Of a stretch of DNA of 11,567 nucleotides, positions 1-6,200 are shown piece after piece. Both the position numbers and the translations under genes were made by a program. The stretch lies in assembly GCA_000388065.2 (NCBI GenBank), contig KB932236.1; one strand, given 5' to 3'. The DNA is from Fonticula alba ATCC 38817 (taxonomy: Eukaryota > Protista > Nucleariida). The first letter of the stretch is position 1. Every line of letters begins with the position of its first letter. A model generated the notes under the pieces. The model saw nothing but the letters and a program-made list of their open reading frames with translations, was not told where the DNA came from and did not search any database.

Positions 1-80
1 CCGGGGAAGGGGGGGGGGCGGGGGGAGGCGGCGGATTGCGCCCTCCCTGCGGTTGCTGCTGCGGGCCTGCCCAGCGGTAC

Positions 81-249
81 GTGGCCGGTAGTCAATGCTC
101 GGTGGTCGATGCCCGGTGGTGCATGTCCTGGCGGGGAATGCCCAGTAGTCAATGCCCTGCAGTGAATGCCCAGTAGTCAATGTCCTGCAGTGGATGCCCA
201 GTAGTCAGTATCCTGCAGTGGATGCCCGGCGGCGGATGCCCGGCCAGCG
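81..249. repeat. 14-bp minisatellite (about 12 units) with a 28-bp higher-order dimer in its core
   Basis: Core units are ATGCCCAGTAGTCA (138, 166, 194) alternating with ATGCCCTGCAGTGA / ATGTCCTGCAGTGG / GTATCCTGCAGTGG (152, 180, 208). Degenerate 14-15-mers flank them at 81, 95, 109, 123, 222 and 236. Confidence 0.85.
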
Positions 250-936
250 CCGACGCCGGGCACCCCCCTGGCGGGCGCGGGGGCCATCCCCTCCCCCGGC
301 CCCATGCCCCCACCCATAGGCGCGCGCGCGCCCAGGGGGTGCCTACACGCGCTCCGAGTGGGGACCGTGCACGCGGCCAACCAGCCCGAGATTATTGGCC
401 CGTGGGAGGAGGGGGGGGGATGCTTTGCAATGTGGCCGGGCGGGTGATGGGACCCGGCCGCCGGAGCACGAGCGCCCGGGTCCGTCGCATGTGGAGCCGA
501 CGGAGATCCGGCCAGAGGGCACCCCAGAGGGGCAAGGGCTCCCGGCGGCTTGGGGGCCGGGACCCGGCCAGGGGGCACCTTGGCGGCCCCCTCTCCAACA
601 ACGAGGGGACACGGTCGGCGGCGGGCGGCAGGCCGGGGGGCGGCCGCCGGAGGATGCGGGGGCAAAAAAAAATACGCGCCCTTGTGTGATGGGGGCCGCC
701 GCGTGTTGGCAGGGGCCTTCTCTATGGGCGCGGCTCGCACATGCGCATGGCCGGGGCGTGTCGCGCGGTGGGGACGGCCGCCAGAGGGAGGGAGGGGGGC
801 GTTCGGTTCGACTGCCGCCGGTTGGCGATGGCCCCGGCCAGGGTGGCGCCACACGGTGCGGCCAATGGAGATACGGTCCCCGCTGTGTGCGCATCACACC
901 ATGGCCGGCGCAGGCCCTCTCGAGGCGGCCCCGGCC

Positions 937-942
937 AAAAAA
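937..942 (-). terminator. RNA polymerase III terminator (T6) of tRNA-Lys
   Basis: A6 at 937-942 on the plus strand reads T6 on the minus strand, 3 nt after the discriminator base. Confidence 0.8.
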
Positions 943-945
943 GAT

Positions 946-1018
946 AGCCCACTGTGGGGCTCGAACCCACGACCCTGGGATTAAGAGTCCCATGCTCTAC
1001 CAACTGAGCTAAACAGGC
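946..1018 (-). tRNA. tRNA-Lys: tRNA-Lys, anticodon CTT
   Basis: The reverse complement folds as GCCTGTT-TA-GCTC-AGTTGGTA-GAGC-A-TGGGA-CT[CTT]AA-TCCCA-GGGTC-GTGGG-TTCGAGC-CCCAC-AGTGGGC-T (73 nt). A and B boxes are intact and a T6 run follows 3 nt downstream. Confidence 0.96.
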
Positions 1019-1344
1019 TATGAGGGACGAACATCAGAACCGGCTGAAGAACGTGGGGATGTTGTCCGGCCGCCCTGGCCGGCGGCGGCCGAGCGGGCGA
1101 AGCGCCGCCGGGCGGTTGTCCCGGTCCGAGCNNNNNNNNNNNNNNNNNNNNNNNNNNNNNNNCCACTGTGGGGCTCGAACCCACGACCCTGGGATTAAGA
1201 GTCCCATGCTCTACCAACTGAGCTAAACAGGCTATGAGGGACGAACATCAGAACCGGCTGAAGAACGTGGGGATGTTGTCCGGCCGCCCTGGCCGGCGGC
1301 GGCCGAGCGGGCGAAGCGCCGCCGGGCGGTTGTCCCGGTCCGAG
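949..1344. repeat. Exact 182-bp direct duplication (949-1130 = 1163-1344) flanking a 31-N gap (1132-1162)
   Basis: The two copies are identical at offset 214. Copy 1 stops one base before the gap and copy 2 starts at the gap edge, a pattern typical of unmerged contig overlap. Confidence 0.9.
1163..1232 (-). tRNA. tRNA-Lys: Second copy of tRNA-Lys(CTT), 3' end in the N gap; probably an assembly duplicate
   Basis: Identical to 949-1018. The last 3 nt would fall in the gap. It lies inside the 182-bp gap-flanking duplication, so it may not be a separate gene. Confidence 0.45.
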
Positions 1345-1457
1345 GCTCTGCCCGGCAGGCGGCGTGGCGTCCGAGGGGGCACGGGAGGAGGGACGGCGCG
1401 AACCGGGGAGGAGAAAGTCCACGGGCATGAGTGTGCATGGTGGTGAGAACCTCCAAC

Positions 1458-1531
1458 GGCCGCGTAGCTCAATTGGATAGAGCACCTGACTACGGATCAG
1501 GAGGTTGTGTGTTCGAGCCGCATCGTGGTCA
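1458..1531 (+). tRNA. tRNA-Arg: tRNA-Arg, anticodon ACG (expected ICG after A34 editing)
   Basis: Folds as GGCCGCG-TA-GCTC-AATTGGATA-GAGC-A-CCTGA-CT[ACG]GA-TCAGG-AGGTT-GTGTG-TTCGAGC-CGCAT-CGTGGTC-A (74 nt). The A20 arginine identity element is present and TTTT follows at 1539-1542. Confidence 0.95.
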
Positions 1532-1538
1532 GCGTTCA

Positions 1539-1542
1539 TTTT
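1539..1542 (+). terminator. Probable Pol III terminator (T4) of tRNA-Arg
   Basis: First T4 run downstream of the tRNA, 7 nt after the discriminator. Confidence 0.6.
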
Positions 1543-1704
1543 GCGCGCGGCGGCGTGCCGCCTTTCCTTTTTCTCCCGCTGGCTGCCGGCCGGACGCGGA
1601 GGGGCACCCCCGGCCGTGGGGGGATGCGCACCAAGGAGACCCTTCGGCGTCAGGCAACGGCGCCGTCTCGCGCCAGGGGGAGGACCGGTGGCACGCAACT
1701 GGCC

Positions 1705-1914
1705 TGGGCGGACGCCGCCTGGGGCGCGCGGCAGGTCCGGCGGGCGCTCGGTTAAGCATCTACTCCCGGTGCCGTTTTTTCNNNNNNNNNNNNNNNNNNN
1801 NNNNNNNNNNNNNNNNNNNNNNNNNNNNNNNNNNNNNNNNNNNNTGGGCGGACGCCGCCTGGGGCGCGCGGCAGGTCCGGCGGGCGCTCGGTTAAGCATC
1901 TACTCCCGGTGCCG
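1705..1914. repeat. Exact 70-bp direct duplication (1705-1774 = 1845-1914) flanking a 63-N gap (1782-1844)
   Basis: Identical at offset 140. Copy 1 continues TTTTTTC into the gap, while copy 2 continues GTTACA. Confidence 0.88.
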
Positions 1915-3032
1915 GTTACATGGGCCGATTGGCTGCCGTGTGACGCCCGGCAAGCGAGTGATCACCGGCATGGTGATCCGGCTGCCGGCGGCCAGCCGAA
2001 AAGGCTCACGGCGCGCTCGCCCAACAACAGGCATCCGCCGCCAGGGGGCGCCGGGCGACACAAGCGTCGGCACATGGGGCCCGCCCGAGGCTCGGCCGGC
2101 TGGCGGGCCCGTCCTGCCGGCCCCCCGAGCAGGCAGCCCGGCGCCGAGGGCGCGGACTCCCCTCCCCGGCCGGGCCCGCTCGGCCCCCCGCCTTTCTCAC
2201 TCTCTCTCTGTGAGGATGAACTCAAACGGCGGCAGGATGTGGGGGGCCGCTGCCGGGCCCCTGGGCGATGAAGGCCGCCTCGGAGGCCGGGCGGGGCTTG
2301 TCCTCCGGCGGCCGGCCGACGGAGGGCCACAAAGGCATGCGCCCGGGCGCCTGGGTGTTCTCCCCCCGGGCGGCGGGCGAACGGCGCGAACGTGAGCCCC
2401 TGTTTGTTATTCATGCGGGCGCCCACAGGCGGCAGGCGCGGCTCTGCTGATCGCGCCCTCCCCTCTCCGGGTCCGGTTTGACCGTGCCGGGGCGGATCTC
2501 TCCATTGCCCCGGGCAACAGTGGCCGCGCCATGGGCGGGCCCCGCTCGCCGGCCGTGTCGCCGCGGTCGCGCTCGCGCCAGGCCGCCCCCTGGCGTGCCT
2601 TCAGGCTGCGCTGGCCGGGTGTTCTCGCTTTGCGCCCGGATGGGCGTCGGTGCGCCGGCGTGTCCGCCCGGGGGAATGGGCCATCTGGGCCGGAGGGGCT
2701 CCTCCATTCGTCCCGTTCGCCGGCCGCCGCCGACACGGGCGCCTGTCGGCGCGGTGGGCTGGCTGCCCCTCTGGCGGGCACGGGCCGCGGCGACCCGGCC
2801 CTCCCTCGCCTCGCCCCCTGGCCGGGCGTCCTCGCGCGGCCCTCGGCCGAGGCCGGAGCCGAGCGGCGAGGCCCGTGGCCCTGGCACTCGGGCCGCTGGG
2901 GGCCTTGATGGCCATTGCCCGGCCCGCCGGCGAATCAAGGGCCGGGACAGCGCGGGCCGGGGCTTTTTTCTTTCGGCCCCAATCACCGATCTCCCTCCTC
3001 CATCTCACCTTGTCTTGCCGCCCCATCCGAGC

Positions 3033-3265
3033 ATGATAACACCGCCTCCCGTCCGACCGCCGGCCTGGGGCATGGCCGCGCTCATACTTGCCGGGCTGGT
3101 CCTCCTGCTGGGGGGCTGCCATGCGCTGGCCGGCCGGCCGAGCGCCGCCGCCGACCGGCTGCAGCACGCCGCCGCCCTGGGCCGGCCTCCCGGCCCGGGG
3201 GACCTCCTGTCGTTGGATCTGCCGGCTGGCCCCGGCTGCACCGTCTATGACCGGATGCTTGAAGA
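3033..3265 (+). CDS. Exon 1: signal peptide and N-terminal cap
   Basis: Reads MITPPPVRPPAWGMAALILAGLVLLLGGCHA|LAGRP...PGCTVYDRMLE, the end of ORF 2478..3344. It has a hydrophobic h-region and a small-residue cleavage site. The start is ATG 3033, with ATG 3072 as an in-frame alternative. Confidence 0.75.
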
Positions 3266-6200
3266 GTGCGTGCGCGCTGTGTGGGGAAGGCCGGCGGGCG
3301 AGCAGGGGCTTATGGGTGCACCGGCGACGGGGCCACATTTGTGAACGCGCGGCAGCCGCCATACTGACCAGGGAGAGACTTTCCCCGCGCGCCCGGGGCT
3401 CGGCCCCTCGGCCCGGCAGGTGCCTTGTCTGCGAGGCGGGCTTCTTCCTCCAGGCCGGCGGGTGCGCCGCCTGCCCGGGCGGCTGTGTGGCCTGCACCTC
3501 GGCCAGCCGGTGCACCGCCTGCGCGGTCGGCCAGTACCTCCACCAGGGGGCCCTGTGCATGGCCAGCTGCCCGGCCGGGACCTTCCCCACCGGGGGCGCC
3601 TGCGAAGGCTGCCCGGCCGGCTGCGCGGCGTGCACCTCGGCCGACCAGTGCACGACGTGCTCGCCCGGGCGGGTGCTTCACGCGGGCGCCTGCTTGGGCG
3701 CCTGCCCGGCGGGGACGGTCAAGTCCGCGGGCGTGTGCTGGCCATGCTGGGCCGGCTGCACGGCATGCGCCGAGAGCATGCAGTGCACGGCCTGCCTGGA
3801 GGGGTACTTCCTGGATGGCAGCATATGCACGCCCACCTGCCGGGCCAGCTCCTCGCCGGTCGGGACGTCCTGCACCCAGTGTCCGCACTACTGCCGGGCG
3901 TGCACATCGGCCAGCACCTGCGTCGCCTGCTCGACCGGCTTCTTCCTCCACGGGGGGGCCTGTGTGTCCATCTGCCCGGGGGGGACCTACGGCCGGGAGG
4001 GCGCGTGCCAGGCGTGCCCGGCCGGCTGTGCCGGCTGCACCGCGGCCGACCGGTGCACGGCCTGCGCCGGCGGGCGGCTCCTCTCCGAGGGGGCATGCGT
4101 GGCCAGCTGCCCGGCCGGGTCGCGGCCCTATGCCGGGGCGTGCCTGCCGTGCGAGGCCTCGTGCGCCGAATGCAACGAGGGCGGCCACTGCACGGCCTGC
4201 ATGGCCGGCTGGCTGTTGCACGGGATCCGGTGCACGGCCGCCTGCCCGGTGCGCACCTTCCAGTCCGGGGCCGCCTGCCTGGCCTGCCCGGCATACTGCC
4301 GCGAGTGCGCCTCGGCCGGCAGCTGCTCGGTCTGCCTGGCGGGCTACCATCTGTGGGAGGGCCGGTGCTTGGGCAGCTGCCCGGCCGGGACCTTCCCCAC
4401 CGGGGAGGGCACGTGCCGGGACTGCGCCGCCGGCTGTGCCCGGTGCACGGCGGCCGGCGGGTGCACCGACTGCCCCGGCGGCCAGAGGCTCCTCGGCGGA
4501 ATGTGCACGGCGGACCCCTGCCCGGCCGGCACCCGGGACCATGCGGCCGTGTGTGAGCCCTGCCCGGCCGGCTGTGCCGCCTGCTCCTCGGCGAGCATGT
4601 GCGGCACCTGCGCCGCGGGGTACCTCCTGGAGGGGTGGACCTGCCGGCGGGAGTGCCCCCGGGGGAAGTACCCCTCGGGCGACCGGTGCGTCGCCTGCCC
4701 GGTGGAATGCGCGGCCTGCACCTCGGCCGCGGCCTGCACCCAGTGCCAGCCCCGGCGGTATCTGGAGGGCGGGGTGTGTCGGTTTTGCCAAAATGGCTGC
4801 GACGGGTGCACCTCCGGGGCCGACTGCGTGAACTGCGCCCCGGGCGAGGTCATCCACGAGGGCGTGTGCCTGGCCGGCTGCCCGGCCGGGACCTATGTCT
4901 CCGGGGTGTCCTGCCTGGCGTGCGGGCCCGGCTGCGTGGAGTGCACCTCCGGCGCTGACTGCGTGAACTGCGCCCCGGGCAAGGTCATGCACGAGGGCGC
5001 GTGCGTGGCCGGCTGCCCGGCCGGGACCTTCCCCTCGGGCGGGTCCTGCCAGGCGTGCGGGCCCGGCTGCGCGGAGTGCACCTCGGCCGAGCACTGCGTC
5101 GCCTGCCCGGCGGGGACGCTCCTGCACCGGGGGGCGTGCGTGTCCGGCTGCCCGGCCGGGACCTTCCTCGAGGGGGCGGCATGCCGGCCGTGCCCGTCGG
5201 GCTGCGGCGCATGCGCCTCGGCCGGCCACTGCACATCCTGCGCCGGGGGGCTGCTGCTCCATGGGGGTGCCTGCGTGGAGGCCTGCCCGGGGGGCATGGT
5301 CGCCGCGGGGGGGCGCTGCGCCGCCTGCCCGGCGCACTGCGAGGCCTGCCCGGCGGAGGACCAGTGCACGGCCTGCGCCGCCGGGCGGGTGTTCCACAAC
5401 GGCGTGTGCACGGATGCCTGCCCGGCCGGCAGCTTCCTGGCGCCGGGGAGCGCCTCGTGCCAGGCCTGCGGCCGGGATTGCGCGGCCTGCACCTCGGCCG
5501 ACCGGTGCACCGGCTGCCGGGGCGAGTGGCTGATCCACCGGGGCACCTGCGTGGCGGCCTGCCCGGCGGGGACCTTCCCCTCGGAGGGGCGCGAGTGCGT
5601 GGGCTGCGGGGCCGGGTGCGCGACGTGCGCCTCGGCCGACCGGTGCACCGGCTGCCCGGCCGAGCGCTTCCTCCACGAGGGCGCCTGCCTGGCGGCCTGC
5701 CCGGTCGGGACCCATGCCTGGGGGTGGGCCTGCCACGCGTGCCCGAGCGAGTGCACGGCCTGCACCACGGACGCCAGCTGCCAGGCCTGCCGGCCGGGGC
5801 TGCTCCTCCACCAGGGGGCCTGCGTGGGGGCCTGCCCGGAGGGGACCTTCCCCTCGGGCGGCCGGTGCGTCGGCTGCTTGAATGGCTGCTCGAGGTGCCT
5901 CGCGGCCGGGCACTGTACGGCCTGCCCCGGGCGCCTGGCCCTGCATGGGGGCGCCTGCGTGGAGGAGTGCCCGGCCGGGAGCAGCCTGGCCGGGGGGGCG
6001 TGCGTGCCCTGCGCGGCCGGCTGCGCGGCATGCACCGCGCCCGACCGGTGCACCGCCTGCGCCGGCGGCCGGCTGCTGCACGAGGCCCGGTGCCTGGATG
6101 CCTGCCCCGGGGGGACCGTGGCCTCGGGGGGCGGGTGCTTGCGCTGTGCGGCCGGCTGCGCGGCGTGCACGGCGCCCGACCGGTGCACCGCCTGCACCGG

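Noticed and set aside
1-35. G-run cluster with G-quadruplex potential
   Set aside because: G-runs are frequent throughout this GC-rich window, it sits at the window edge, and no function can be inferred.
138-221. 28-bp repeats as a CRISPR array
   Set aside because: The units are directly adjacent with no unique spacers, there are no cas genes, and the context is eukaryotic.
664-672. A9 tract as a terminator of an unknown minus-strand RNA
   Set aside because: No A/B box or recognisable RNA lies upstream of it on the minus strand.
1600-1781. Possible Pol III ncRNA (SRP, 5S or U6-like) ending at the T6 at 1775-1780, with hairpin CGGCGTC-AGGCAAC-GGCGCCG
   Set aside because: No conserved SRP, 5S, RNase P or snRNA motif is recognisable. 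The T6 is absent from the duplicate copy, and hairpins are common at this GC content. An Infernal/Rfam scan would settle it.
1960-1978. Perfect 7-bp hairpin GATCACC-GGCAT-GGTGATC
   Set aside because: A single short stem with no supporting context; expected by chance.
2954-3032. T-rich tract, CCAAT (2969-2973) and pyrimidine-rich stretch as the kinase promoter
   Set aside because: The position is plausible, but the motifs are too short to support without TSS data.
177-3036. ORFs of 60-296 aa in the first 3 kb
   Set aside because: Low-complexity Arg/Pro/Gly/Ala translations on both strands, several crossing tRNA genes or N gaps. Only the 3' end of ORF 2478..3344 is retained, as exon 1.
3088-3419. 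N-terminus of the 2711-aa ORF starting at ATG 3088
   Set aside because: It has no signal peptide and poor repeat register. The region is better explained as exon 1 in another frame plus intron 1.
3266-3419. Frameshift or pseudogene interpretation of the frame change between signal peptide and repeats
   Set aside because: A canonical GT-AG intron with matching phase and a branch-like motif explains it without mutation.
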